Shown here: positions 1 through 10,189 of the stretch, one piece after another
Numbering within the stretch: the stretch's first letter is position 1
How the letters are laid out: every line of letters begins with the position of its first letter
DNA from: a virus
DNA length: 64,000 nt
IMG/VR virus record: IMGVR_UViG_3300044568_003939
Strand: one strand, 5' to 3'
Made by a program: the position numbers and the translations under genes
Notes under the pieces: model-generated
What the model was told of the DNA's origin: nothing
Seen by the model: only the letters and a program-made list of their open reading frames with translations
The model's database searches: none

Positions 1-43
1 AGGCCTGCCTAAGGATGACATTTACCATCTATATGGTATTCCA

Positions 44-817
44 ATGCGCGCTGGTAAGTGGGCTGACGTATGGTTCGTTATTCTTGAAGATGGCTATGCT
101 GTAGTTAATGATGAAAAGGTAACCATGTTTGATCACATGGGTGATGCTATCAAAGCTATTCAAAAGATTGGTGTTCAACAAAAGAAAACCGTTACTGAGG
201 AAACACTTGAAGAAAAATTAAGTGCAGACGATGATGCAGGTGTATGGATCAGCGATTTTGTAAAAAGCACCGACCCACGTTTTGAAGGCAAGAGCAAAAA
301 AGAACGCATCAAGATGGCACTAGGTGCTTACTATGCTGCTCAAAATGAAGATCTTGAGGAAAGCATCACTAAGAAACAGGCGAGCGCAATTACAGCAGCG
401 CAAATTGATGCCCTAAAAAATGCAATGAAAAGCATCAATGATAAGAAAGCAACTGCAGATTATTATGATAATTATGATGCACAGGCACGTAATTATCATA
501 ATAAACGTCTTAAAGAAATTCCAAATGAAATTAACAAATTACGTTCAAAACTGTTAGGAGAAGGTGTTCAATTGGACGAAGAAGTTGACTATTACAAATT
601 CAAACAGTTGGCTATCCTTGGATTGTTATCACCAGGCGATGCAAATAAAGCAGCTCTTGGCATGAAAGCTATTGAAGGCGGACATCCACCAACTCAAGAA
701 CAAAAGAAAATCATTGGTGATACTCTTGTTCTATTGGTTAGTATGATTACAGGCGATAGCGCAATATTAAACAAACTAAAGAAGACTGCTCGTGACGCTA
801 AAACACCTGCGGCATAA
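44..817 (+). CDS. Putative internal head/virion protein with repeated L-x-E sites (start may lie upstream of the window)
   Basis: Acidic/Lys-rich modular ORF with TLEE, DLEE and QLDE motifs like those in the late cargo genes elsewhere in the window. Confidence 0.5.
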   Translation: MRAGKWADVWFVILEDGYAVVNDEKVTMFDHMGDAIKAIQKIGVQQKKTVTEETLEEKLSADDDAGVWISDFVKSTDPRFEGKSKKERIKMALGAYYAAQNEDLEESITKKQASAITAAQIDALKNAMKSINDKKATADYYDNYDAQARNYHNKRLKEIPNEINKLRSKLLGEGVQLDEEVDYYKFKQLAILGLLSPGDANKAALGMKAIEGGHPPTQEQKKIIGDTLVLLVSMITGDSAILNKLKKTARDAKTPAA

Positions 818-819
818 AC

Positions 820-984
820 AGTCTAATGGTTCTTTCTCTATTGCAACGGTACTCCCTTCGGGAACCTACGGTAACAACTGATGTAACAAGATTGTTTAAT
901 TAAGCAACCTTAACGTATCATATGGTATACAATATTGCACCATTTCGTATAAAGTATTATACCATATGACATTAAACTTGTAAA
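820..984 (-). other. Promoter-linked non-coding element, copy 1 (inverted homolog of 50090-50265)
   Basis: Minus strand has TTTACA-17-TATAAT (984-956), then GTTACCGTAGGTTCCCGAAGGGA...GAGAAAGAACCATTAGACT, matching 50160-50225. Confidence 0.7.
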
Positions 985-1011
985 GGATAAAATTCATAAA
1001 TTACAAAATAA

Positions 1012-1782
1012 ATGCAATTCGACGGAAGAAAACAAATTGTTAAGAGTGTTCAAGCTGCATTGGGTTTGGATGCTGATGGTGTTGACGGCGCACACACATG
1101 GACTGCTATTGCAGCTAAGATTGGTGTAGCTGCAGCTACTGTTGCACCAGTATCAACCTCAACCGTTGTTGGTATTGGTGACGCTGCCTACAAACTTATT
1201 CTTAAGTATGAAGTGGGTGGAGGCCCAAGCTATTACAATAAAGCATTGAAGAATCCATGTTACCCAGGTGGTGAAAGTGGTGTTACCATTGGTATTGGTT
1301 ATGATATGGGTTACAATACTACTGCTCAATTTGCAACCGATTGGAAAGGGCTATTAAGCGCATCAGATTATACCCGACTTGTGCCACACCTTGGCAAAAA
1401 GAGCAGTCCTGCAAAAGATGCAGTGCGCATTCTTAAAGATATTAGCGTATCTTGGGAAGCAGCTGAAGTGGTATTCAAAGGCAACACGCTACCACGCTTT
1501 ATCAAGGAAACTGTTCGTGCATTCCCAGGCTCTGAACGGCTACACGAGGACGCCTTTGGTGCACTTGTAAGTTTAGTATTTAATCGTGGTGGCAGCATAA
1601 CTGGCAGTTCACGTGCTGAAATGTTAAACATCAAGAATGCAATTGCCTCCAATCGTGCTGACATTTATGCCTACATTGCAGATCAAATCGTTGATATGAA
1701 ACGTCTTTGGGTTGGCAAAGGTTTGGATGGATTACTTACACGCCGCGATGAAGAAGCAAAGATGGTCAAAAGCTGTGCTTAA
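1012..1782 (+). CDS. Endolysin / lysozyme-like muramidase with N-terminal peptidoglycan-binding segment
   Basis: VQAALGLDADGVDG peptidoglycan-binding motif; YEVGG..SGVTIGIGYDMG and GLLTRRDEE lysozyme/pesticin-like motifs. Confidence 0.75.
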   Translation: MQFDGRKQIVKSVQAALGLDADGVDGAHTWTAIAAKIGVAAATVAPVSTSTVVGIGDAAYKLILKYEVGGGPSYYNKALKNPCYPGGESGVTIGIGYDMGYNTTAQFATDWKGLLSASDYTRLVPHLGKKSSPAKDAVRILKDISVSWEAAEVVFKGNTLPRFIKETVRAFPGSERLHEDAFGALVSLVFNRGGSITGSSRAEMLNIKNAIASNRADIYAYIADQIVDMKRLWVGKGLDGLLTRRDEEAKMVKSCA

Positions 1783-1783
1783 T

Positions 1784-1791
1784 TATAAATA
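1784..1791 (+). promoter_or_regulatory. T4-type late promoter TATAAATA (other copies at 4535, 13933, 14317, 15157, 15844, 16557, 20321, 24595, 24942, 26126, 26401, 28938, 48898)
   Basis: Exact gp55-type consensus shortly upstream of start codons or RNA units. Confidence 0.85.
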
Positions 1792-1798
1792 GATTGTT

Positions 1799-3130
1799 AT
1801 GCCACACTATACTGCTCCACGCACGTTGTCTCGTAAGATTGAGGATTACCTTGACTATGGGTTTACTAGCAATTCTTCAAGTGCTGCAACTGCAACCTCA
1901 ACAGCATATGACGGGTTTGGGCGCCTTCGTGTGGCTGAACCTTATACATTATTTGATAGTCAGCATCGGTATTCAGAAAATAAAAAATGGAATAATGTTC
2001 TTACCGGAACTGGTGCAGTAGCTTATATACAAAGTGAAAGCGCTGTTGACTTAAAGGCGCCAGCCGGTGCTGGAACTGTGACGAGACAAAGCAATGTTGT
2101 ATTTCCTTATCAGCCAGGAAAATCATTGCTCTTAATGAATAGTTTTGCTTTCAGTGCCCGTACCACAACGGGATCACAAACAGTTACGCAACGAATCGGT
2201 TATTTTAGCAGTGATAATGGCATTTATCTTGAACAAACAAACGGCACCGCCGATGTAGTGACGCCTCGTAATGGTAATGGCTTACGATTTGTATTGCGAT
2301 CAGACAGCACAAATACAACAGTTGGCGATTCAACAGAAATTTCTGTTGAGCAGGCAAATTGGAATGGCGATAAGTTTGACGGAACCGGAATTAGTGGCAG
2401 AATTTTAGATATTAGTAAAGCAAATATATTCTGGATGGATATCGAATGGCTGGGTGTTGGTGATGTTCGTTGCGGATTTATTGTTGACGGCCGAATGGTT
2501 GTTGCACATACATTCCATAATGATAATATCAACACCACTTCCTATATGACAACCGCGGTGTTGCCTATAAGATATGAATTGACCAACACTGGTTCTACAA
2601 GCCCATTCATTAAACAGGTATGTAATACTGTAATTAGTGAAGGTGGTTTTAACCCAACTAGCATTACATATAATCAATTAGCAACCGCTAATATATCAAA
2701 TGCCAATCTTCGTACTGCAGCCACAGATGGATTATTCTATAATGTAGTTTCAATACGATTGGCCACAGGCAAAACTGATGGTATAATTATTCCTACTGAT
2801 ATTGAATTGCTAGGAGAAAGTAACAAATCATATCAATGGGCTTTACTTCGTAACGCTACATTTGGCACCGCTCCTACATGGACAACACATGCGGATTGTG
2901 ACACAGCCCAATTTACAACTAGTGTATCAACGATCACCGGCGGTGTGTTGGTAAAGACTGGATATTTCACAAGTAATAGTGGAAGTGTTGGTGCAACGCT
3001 TGCTGGTGATATTGCATTGCAACTTGGAAGAACTATAGCTGGAGTGTCTGATACGTATACTGTTGCAATTACAACTACTGGCACAAACGCAAAATATACA
3101 GGCGGCCTTGCATGGTATCAAATCATATGA
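1799..3130 (+). CDS. Virion structural protein (beta-rich, T4-like phage family)
   Basis: Late promoter; Thr/Gly-rich; DGFGRLRVAEPYTLFDS and IEWLGVGDVRCGF motifs seen in large myophage structural proteins. Confidence 0.6.
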   Translation: MPHYTAPRTLSRKIEDYLDYGFTSNSSSAATATSTAYDGFGRLRVAEPYTLFDSQHRYSENKKWNNVLTGTGAVAYIQSESAVDLKAPAGAGTVTRQSNVVFPYQPGKSLLLMNSFAFSARTTTGSQTVTQRIGYFSSDNGIYLEQTNGTADVVTPRNGNGLRFVLRSDSTNTTVGDSTEISVEQANWNGDKFDGTGISGRILDISKANIFWMDIEWLGVGDVRCGFIVDGRMVVAHTFHNDNINTTSYMTTAVLPIRYELTNTGSTSPFIKQVCNTVISEGGFNPTSITYNQLATANISNANLRTAATDGLFYNVVSIRLATGKTDGIIIPTDIELLGESNKSYQWALLRNATFGTAPTWTTHADCDTAQFTTSVSTITGGVLVKTGYFTSNSGSVGATLAGDIALQLGRTIAGVSDTYTVAITTTGTNAKYTGGLAWYQII

Positions 3131-3462
3131 AGACACTACAACAAATATTAGAGACTCCAACCTTTACGCTGTTTGAAGCGGCTGAATATGATGGTAAAGA
3201 AGTAACACTCAACAAGCCATTTCGCAGCGATGACGATAAACATAAGTTTTATGTATATGTCAAAAACGAAAAAGACAATGTAATCAAACTTGGTTTTGGC
3301 GATCCCAACATGGAAATCAAACGAGACGACCCAGCGCGTCTAAAAAGTTATCGTGCACGCCACGGCTGCGATACCGATCCTGGCCCAAAGTGGAAAGCTA
3401 ACTATTGGAGCTGCAGATTCTGGGAAGCAGGCAAGAGTGTTAGTGATTTGCTTAAAAAATAA
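3128..3462 (+). CDS. Conserved T4-like phage hypothetical protein
   Basis: Likely start MKTLQQILE; LNKPFR..KFYVYVK..FGDPNM..ARHGC..ANYWSC motif. Confidence 0.6.
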
Positions 3463-4187
3463 TGTACATTACAAAAAATGCAGTATACTTGCATGTGCCT
3501 AAAACCGGCGGAACATGGATGGATTCTGTATTAAGCAGCATTATAACAGAAGGCCATGATTGCAATTTGGATTGGATGCCAAAAGAATATACTCATTGCT
3601 TTGCAGCAGTAAGAAATCCTTGGGCATGGTATGTTTCTCTTTATAAGTTTTGTATATACGGTTCAGAAATGGAAATGCCAATTTGGCCGCAAAGCATTAT
3701 GATGACATTTGGTGTTAAGACTGTATCATTTGAAACATTCTTAAAAACTCTATTGTCACCATCACATCAATTTAAGCATGACCTTATTAAAAACAATCGC
3801 ATTGTAATGATGCAAAATTATTTTGTTGATTCGGATGATTGGGAATTGCAAAAAAGATTAAAGAATACATATAAGCCTATTGCTCGTGAATGGTTAAATA
3901 ATCAATATGATTATTATACACACGTTTGTAACCTTTATTTACAACATGCAACAGTAATTGGTAAAACCGAAACATTAAAAGATGACTTGTCAGCATTTAT
4001 AACAGCTGTAGGAGATATGACTCCACAGGTAAAGTACCAACTTGACAATATGTTGCCAATAAATACTACTACAAAGGATGACTATCGTGAATACTATTCA
4101 AAATCATTGCGTGATTTGGTATATGATCATGCTAAAGAAGTCATAAATAAATTTGGTTATACATTTGAATATGAAACGTACGCATGA
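3462..4187 (+). CDS. Sulfotransferase-family protein
   Basis: YLHVPKTGGT (5'-PSB loop) and AVRNPWAWYVSLY (3'-PB) motifs. Confidence 0.75.
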   Translation: MYITKNAVYLHVPKTGGTWMDSVLSSIITEGHDCNLDWMPKEYTHCFAAVRNPWAWYVSLYKFCIYGSEMEMPIWPQSIMMTFGVKTVSFETFLKTLLSPSHQFKHDLIKNNRIVMMQNYFVDSDDWELQKRLKNTYKPIAREWLNNQYDYYTHVCNLYLQHATVIGKTETLKDDLSAFITAVGDMTPQVKYQLDNMLPINTTTKDDYREYYSKSLRDLVYDHAKEVINKFGYTFEYETYA

Positions 4188-4539
4188 CTTGACAGAAAAG
4201 AATTTTCTACTGTATGCAGCTACCAATTATAACAATCCACGCTGCCTTGATGTAAAAGAATTTCATGAGGACCTTAATCGTCTTAAATATATCAAAAAGC
4301 TTCTAAACAAATACCAAGAAAAAAGTATACTTCAGGAGCGACTAATTTTAAACCATTTGATCATTATGCACAACGTGTTTAATATCTCTGCTGCAACGCG
4401 CATGTGCTTTTTTAAAATTAAAGAAACACATTGGCCAACACTAAAAACTTTTTTATTGTATCTTAACTATATACCTGAAGATCAGTATCTTAATATACCA
4501 ATTGACTTGCGCGTAGCGCGTGTTCTTCAAAAATTATAA
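4171..4539 (+). CDS. Conserved T4-like phage hypothetical protein
   Basis: NFLLYA..YNNP.C...EFHEDLNRLKYIKKLL..ERLILNH motif. Confidence 0.6.
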   Translation: MKRTHDLTEKNFLLYAATNYNNPRCLDVKEFHEDLNRLKYIKKLLNKYQEKSILQERLILNHLIIMHNVFNISAATRMCFFKIKETHWPTLKTFLLYLNYIPEDQYLNIPIDLRVARVLQKL

Positions 4540-4546
4540 ATACATT

Positions 4547-5131
4547 ATGGGATTCTTTTCAACTGCTACAGACACATACTTTGCATTTCGTTTTCTGCGA
4601 CTGCTTACAACTCCTTGGGAAAAAACAGGAGCTTACAAGCTGGGCATAATTGATGCTGAAGGAAAGATACTGCGTAAGCCAATCGACATGAGCGAACGCA
4701 GCAAATACAACATCTTTCACCGATTAGTATTTCGCATCAAGCGTTTGCTCAACAAGATTCCATTTGGTAAAACCACCGTAGCTAGCTATCTTGCTGCGCT
4801 ATGGCTTATTAAAGAACATACGGGCATCAGCGACAAAAGAATCCATAGTATATTGCATGAGGTTACTGGCGTTGACATTGATATGAATAGCTTGATTGAA
4901 AGCACATGGTATATCAACGAGGACTCAACACTCCAAAGCGGTGTGTATACACTTGCAAGAAATATTGCATTTGCAACCACAGGCGAAGAACTTCAAATTA
5001 TAAATACCCAAGTGGTTGTAAAAGAAAATGCAATTGCAGTTGGATCAATTTTAGGTGTGCCGGTTTATGAAGCATGCCATGTAAAAACTCGACAGACACT
5101 ATTTGTAACACCATACGACCTTAAAAGATGA
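4547..5131 (+). CDS. Conserved T4-like phage late hypothetical protein
   Basis: TATAAATA at 4535; FRFLRLLTTPWEKTGAYKLGIID motif. Confidence 0.6.
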   Translation: MGFFSTATDTYFAFRFLRLLTTPWEKTGAYKLGIIDAEGKILRKPIDMSERSKYNIFHRLVFRIKRLLNKIPFGKTTVASYLAALWLIKEHTGISDKRIHSILHEVTGVDIDMNSLIESTWYINEDSTLQSGVYTLARNIAFATTGEELQIINTQVVVKENAIAVGSILGVPVYEACHVKTRQTLFVTPYDLKR

Positions 5132-5649
5132 ATGCTAAAGAAGATACAACCACTGCAAATGTAGCATTGCCAGCGACTGGCAATCGCCCGCATGACAACA
5201 GCGACACTATGATTCGCCGTAAAAAGTTTATGCAGTTTGATGTTAATAGCGATACATTTCGTAAATTTGAAACCGGTCGCAATCGCTTTGAGCGCTGGAG
5301 CAAATACTTAAATCTGCAAGATGACTCTGAAAAAGCAATTTATGATTATGCAATGAAAAATCGTGATCATACCATTGTGTTGCGCAATGGAGATACTGGT
5401 GCAATGCGTAGTATCCGCCGTCGTGCACTCAATGAAGCAGACGCAAAAATGGCAGAGTTTAAAGGATTCTTTAAACCAGTAGACACTCAAATTGATTATG
5501 ATGCTGAACAATTAACAGTGGGGATAGAGGTAGAATCAGAACATACGCCTCATAAAGAAATTGCTACCATAATAGCTAAGCATCATTTGGCAGAAGATCC
5601 TGACTACTATGTTAAGCTCAAGAAGTATGTTGAAAAGAAAGGTGCCTAA
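5128..5649 (+). CDS. Hypothetical protein with C-terminal GIEVESEH...HLAEDPDYY domain
   Basis: ORF track; two modules joined at an ALNE site. Confidence 0.5.
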   Translation: MNAKEDTTTANVALPATGNRPHDNSDTMIRRKKFMQFDVNSDTFRKFETGRNRFERWSKYLNLQDDSEKAIYDYAMKNRDHTIVLRNGDTGAMRSIRRRALNEADAKMAEFKGFFKPVDTQIDYDAEQLTVGIEVESEHTPHKEIATIIAKHHLAEDPDYYVKLKKYVEKKGA

Positions 5650-5713
5650 AATTCGCAAAATGTAAAATAAAGATTTACATACTCAGAAATTCAATATATA
5701 ATTTATATAGAAG

Positions 5714-5743
5714 GTAGGCTACAGTAAAGTAGCCTATTTTTTT
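5714..5743 (+). terminator. Intrinsic terminator-like hairpin
   Basis: TAGGCTAC-agtaaa-GTAGCCTA followed by a T run. Confidence 0.55.
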
Positions 5744-5763
5744 GCTAATTTTCCTTTAACCAT

Positions 5764-6759
5764 ATGAATCCCGACAATACCAAAATGACCATCTTTGATG
5801 AGCAAATCTCACGTAAACCAAACCGCTACCCATGGACCGAGGGTTTTATTGAAGCTATGCATTCCGGGTTTTGGACCGACAAAGAATTTTCATTTCAACC
5901 TGACTTACATGACTTTAAAACAGTTCTTGATGATCGCCGCCGTGAAATTGTTATACGTACGCTAAGTGCTATTGGTCAAATTGAGGTTGCAGTCAAAACC
6001 TTTTGGGCTAAGTTGGGTGATAACTTGCCGCATCCATCATTGCAAGATCTTGGTTTTGTTATGGCCAATACTGAAGTGATTCACAACAATGCCTATGAGC
6101 GTTTGATTAGTGTATTGGATATGGAAGACATCTTTGAGGAGAATCTTAAATTGGAATGGATTCAAGGGCGTGTCAAATACCTAAAGAAATATACACACCG
6201 TTTTTATAAGGACAGCAATAAACAATATCTTTATGCACTAACTCTTTTTACATTGTTTGTTGAGAATGTTAGCTTATTTAGCCAGTTTTATGTTATCAAT
6301 TGGTTTAAGACATTTGAAAATGTATTGACACATGCTGACCAACAAGTTAAGTATACACGCAACGAAGAAAACATTCATGCACTTGTTGGTATTCAAATCA
6401 TCAATACCATGAGGCAGGAATTGCCTGACATGTTTGATGATGAATTGGAAGAGCGTATTATTGCGGCTGCACATGAAGCATACAAAGCAGAAAGTAAAAT
6501 TGTTGATTGGATGATTAATGGTATCAATGAAACTGGTCTAAGTGCGCCAATTCTTAAAGAGTTTATCAAAAATCGTATCAATGAAAGCATGACGCAAATT
6601 GGATTCCGTAAACCATTTGAGATTGATGAAGCATTGATTGCCGAAACAATGTGGTTTGATGAACAGTTGCATGGCAACAATATGACCGACTTTTTTGCAT
6701 CACGCCCAGTCGAATACAGCAAGAAAAATCAGAGCTTTGGTGAGGACGACTTGTTCTAA
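5764..6759 (+). CDS. nrdB: Ribonucleotide reductase class I beta subunit
   Basis: QIEVAVKTFW, EVIHNNAY, ENVSLFSQF and EENIH metal-ligand/radical Tyr motifs; DFF C-terminus. Confidence 0.95.
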   Translation: MNPDNTKMTIFDEQISRKPNRYPWTEGFIEAMHSGFWTDKEFSFQPDLHDFKTVLDDRRREIVIRTLSAIGQIEVAVKTFWAKLGDNLPHPSLQDLGFVMANTEVIHNNAYERLISVLDMEDIFEENLKLEWIQGRVKYLKKYTHRFYKDSNKQYLYALTLFTLFVENVSLFSQFYVINWFKTFENVLTHADQQVKYTRNEENIHALVGIQIINTMRQELPDMFDDELEERIIAAAHEAYKAESKIVDWMINGINETGLSAPILKEFIKNRINESMTQIGFRKPFEIDEALIAETMWFDEQLHGNNMTDFFASRPVEYSKKNQSFGEDDLF

Positions 6760-6775
6760 TATATAACTTTAGATT

Positions 6776-8437
6776 ATGAGTACAGAAGATATTTACTGGC
6801 TAAACAAAGACAGCCGAAAGTTCCTAAGCAGAGGTTATGTCCTTGAAGAAAACGGTGAAACTGCAGAAAGCCGCATGCGTGATATTGCTGTTGCGGCGGA
6901 AACACGATTAGGAATCGCTGGATTTGCTGACAAGTTTGAAAGCTATCTACACAAAGGATACTATTCACTAAGCAGCCCAATCTGGAGTAATAGCGGTCGT
7001 GAGCGTGGATTGCCAATCAGTTGTTTTGGTACATATATTGATGATACTCTTGAAGAGATTGCTGGTTATAAAATCGCTGAAATCTCCATGATGACAAAAA
7101 ATGGAGGTGGTACAAGTGCATACTTTGGCGCGCTACGCGGCCGCGGTACTCCTATTAGCACTGGCGGAACAAGCACAGGCGCTGTTCACTTCATGGAGCT
7201 TTATGACAAACTAATGAGTGTAGTATCTCAAGGCAATGTTCGCCGAGGCAGCTTTGCAGCATACCTACCAATTGACCATCCTGACATTGAAGAATTCCTA
7301 AAAATTAAAGGAGAAGGCCACACCATTCAGGACATGAGTATTGGTGTTACTGTTAGTGACGCATGGATGAAGCGCATGATTGATGGCGATAAAGAAGCAC
7401 GCAAGACATGGGGATTAGTCATCAAGAAGCGTTTTGAAAGTGGCTATCCATACCTGTTCTTTAGTGATACCGCAAACAATGGTGCGCCTCAAGTATACAA
7501 GGACAAAGGTAAACGCATCCATGCAAGCAACCTTTGCAATGAAATTTACCTGAGTACGTGTAAAGACGAAAGCTTTGTTTGTAATCTATCATCAATCAAC
7601 CTTGAGCGTTGGGATGACATGAAAGATACTGATGCTATTGAAACGTTGGTATACTTTCTTGACAGTGTCATGACTGAATTCATTGACAAGACTGAAGGTA
7701 TGGCGCACATGGATGCTCCACGTCGGTTTGCAATCAATCAGCGCGCATTGGGTGTAGGCGTTCTTGGATGGCATAGTTACTTGCAAAGCAAAGCCTTGCC
7801 GTTTGAGAGTATGGAAGCCAAGATGGAAAATATCGGCATCTTTAAAACACTTCGTGAAAAATGTGACTCTGCTACAGAGCAACTTGCGCAGATGTATGGC
7901 GAACCTGAATTGCTCAAAGGGTATGGGCGGCGCAATGCTACAACCATTGCAATTGCACCAACCACCAGCAGCTCATTTATTCTCGGTCAAGTTAGTCCAA
8001 GTATTGAACCTCTTAACAGCAACTACTTTGTTAAAGATCTTGCAAAAGGTAAATTCACATATAAGAATCCATACCTGACAAAGTTACTTAAGAGCAAAGC
8101 GTTGGACAACAGCGAAACATGGCGTGATATTCTTATTCATGGCGGCAGTGTTCAACATCTGACAACACTAACGGATGAAGAGAAAGCCACATTTAAAACC
8201 TTTGGTGAAATCCCTCAAAAGGAAATTGTTATACAAGCAGCTCAACGTCAACGATATATAGATCAAGGACAAAGTCTTAATTTAATGATTGCACCAAAAG
8301 CCAAACCAAAAGAAGTAAATGAACTAATGATTTTTGCGTGGGAAAGCGGAATCAAAGGATTGTATTATCAACGTAGTGCAAATCCTGCTCAAGAGCTAGC
8401 GCGCAGCATCATGACATGTTCAACCTGTGAAGCATAA
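6776..8437 (+). CDS. nrdA: Ribonucleotide reductase class I alpha subunit (short, no ATP cone)
   Basis: PISCF, SNLCNEI, VCNLSS, IAPTTSSS and GLYY motifs; C-terminal CSTCE. Confidence 0.95.
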   Translation: MSTEDIYWLNKDSRKFLSRGYVLEENGETAESRMRDIAVAAETRLGIAGFADKFESYLHKGYYSLSSPIWSNSGRERGLPISCFGTYIDDTLEEIAGYKIAEISMMTKNGGGTSAYFGALRGRGTPISTGGTSTGAVHFMELYDKLMSVVSQGNVRRGSFAAYLPIDHPDIEEFLKIKGEGHTIQDMSIGVTVSDAWMKRMIDGDKEARKTWGLVIKKRFESGYPYLFFSDTANNGAPQVYKDKGKRIHASNLCNEIYLSTCKDESFVCNLSSINLERWDDMKDTDAIETLVYFLDSVMTEFIDKTEGMAHMDAPRRFAINQRALGVGVLGWHSYLQSKALPFESMEAKMENIGIFKTLREKCDSATEQLAQMYGEPELLKGYGRRNATTIAIAPTTSSSFILGQVSPSIEPLNSNYFVKDLAKGKFTYKNPYLTKLLKSKALDNSETWRDILIHGGSVQHLTTLTDEEKATFKTFGEIPQKEIVIQAAQRQRYIDQGQSLNLMIAPKAKPKEVNELMIFAWESGIKGLYYQRSANPAQELARSIMTCSTCEA

Positions 8438-8622
8438 TGACTGAAAAACCATCATCAGCAGATAGCCTTTCACCATTCTGGTACGCAGTTGGAACGTTGT
8501 TTAGCGTTCCACTATTAGTAATCATACTATTGATTACGTCCGTTGCATTTTTATGCAGTTGGCCAATAGTTCCAATATTAGCTTATTATCAACGTAAAGA
8601 AGAATTAAAAGATAATGATTGA
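8437..8622 (+). CDS. Small membrane protein
   Basis: 61-aa ORF with a long hydrophobic stretch. Confidence 0.5.
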   Translation: MTEKPSSADSLSPFWYAVGTLFSVPLLVIILLITSVAFLCSWPIVPILAYYQRKEELKDND

Positions 8623-8827
8623 AACAAATAAATGTCCTGGTTGCAAACATGTGTATGAAATTGTTTGGGATGATGATAATAGCGAATATTATAATGATAA
8701 TGAAGATGAAGATGAGCTAGACCAATTTGACGAATCAGAAGAGCTATATCCTGAGTATTGCCCTTTCTGTGGTATTCATCGTGATTATAATGGAGAGGTT
8801 GATTCGTCCGATGATGAATTACTCTGA
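8615..8827 (+). CDS. Acidic zinc-ribbon protein
   Basis: CPGC...CPFCG. Confidence 0.55.
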   Translation: MIETNKCPGCKHVYEIVWDDDNSEYYNDNEDEDELDQFDESEELYPEYCPFCGIHRDYNGEVDSSDDELL

Positions 8828-8837
8828 TATATAATAC

Positions 8838-9269
8838 ATGGATTGGTATTACAATGGAGAAGTATTTAGCGTTACACATGCGGTTGAAAAGATAGCTGAA
8901 GGTTACATCGGATTCATATATGAAGTAACTGACAATACCAATGGGAAAAAATATATTGGTAAGAAGCTATTAACTACAACTAAAAAATTACCGCCACTTA
9001 AAGGAACAAAGCGCAAGCGCAAAAAAATTGTACACAGTGATTGGCAAACATATTATGGAAGTAGCGAACTCGTTAAGCAGTTGGTTGAAGAACGGGAGGA
9101 CACCTTCTCAAGAGAGATACTTGCGTTTGGTAAAGCAAAAGGCGAGCTGTCATACATTGAAGCAAAGTACCATTTTGACCGAGAAGTGCTCCTAAGTGAC
9201 GATTACTACAATGAATTTATTGGCTGCCGCATTCATTCAAAGCATGTACAAAATTTGTGGAAAAAGTAA
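8838..9269 (+). CDS. GIY-YIG nuclease, T4 endonuclease II (DenA)-like
   Basis: GFIY..TNGKKYIGKK..SDWQTYYGSS..YYNEFI. Confidence 0.75.
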   Translation: MDWYYNGEVFSVTHAVEKIAEGYIGFIYEVTDNTNGKKYIGKKLLTTTKKLPPLKGTKRKRKKIVHSDWQTYYGSSELVKQLVEEREDTFSREILAFGKAKGELSYIEAKYHFDREVLLSDDYYNEFIGCRIHSKHVQNLWKK

Positions 9270-9318
9270 TTTACATTCTTTCGTTTTTAGATTATAATTA
9301 CATAACAACCAAAACAAA

Positions 9319-10185
9319 ATGATTCTCATCGATTATAGTGGCATTGCCATTTCAAGTGTCTTTAGCCAAGCAAAGAGCAATAAGATTGAAGAAGACTTTC
9401 TTCGACATATTATTCTAAATAGCCTGCGCATGTATAACCTTAAGTACCGTGATAAGTATGGTAAGATGGTTATTGCCTGCGATGGCGGCAGCTGGCGCAA
9501 AGATTACTATCCACAATATAAAGCAGCCCGCCGTAAGAATCGTGAAGAAAGCAGCATGGACTGGAAGGAAATCTTCCGCATTCTCAACAACGTCAAAGCC
9601 GAAATTGTTGAGCATTTGCCATACACTGTAGTACAAACTGATAAGGCAGAAGCCGATGATGTTATTGCTGCACTAGTGGAAACCACTCAAGAATTTGGCA
9701 ACTATGAGCCTGTCATGATTATTAGTGCGGATAAGGACTTTATTCAATTGCAGCGATATGATAATGTCGCACAATGGAGTCCAATGACCAAGAAGCTTAT
9801 CACTGATAAAAATCCAGCAAGGTATCTGATGGAGCATGTTCTCAAAGGCGATAGCGGTGATGGCGTACCTAATGTTCTTAGTCCCGACAATACATTTACT
9901 GACAGCATTCGTCAAACAGCATTGCGTGCAACCAAGATTGACGAATGGATTTCAGCCGATAAAGCAGGCAAGCTGCAAAATGTTATGCCTGAAGAAACAT
10001 ATCGCAACTATATTCGCAACCGCACCGTGATTGATCTTGATTGCGCACCTACAGAGGTGCGCAATGCTATTCTTACAGAATACAATTCAGCTCCGGTTAA
10101 AAATAACAGTAAGGTTCTTAACTATCTGATATCCAAACGTTGCAACATGCTTATTAGCAGTGCATCAGAATTTTTTACCAAATAA
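9319..10185 (+). CDS. rnh: T4-type RNase H / 5'-3' flap exonuclease
   Basis: MILIDYS, WRKDYYPQYK, EADD, SADKDFIQL and GDSGDGVPN motifs. Confidence 0.9.
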   Translation: MILIDYSGIAISSVFSQAKSNKIEEDFLRHIILNSLRMYNLKYRDKYGKMVIACDGGSWRKDYYPQYKAARRKNREESSMDWKEIFRILNNVKAEIVEHLPYTVVQTDKAEADDVIAALVETTQEFGNYEPVMIISADKDFIQLQRYDNVAQWSPMTKKLITDKNPARYLMEHVLKGDSGDGVPNVLSPDNTFTDSIRQTALRATKIDEWISADKAGKLQNVMPEETYRNYIRNRTVIDLDCAPTEVRNAILTEYNSAPVKNNSKVLNYLISKRCNMLISSASEFFTK

Positions 10186-10189
10186 ACAT

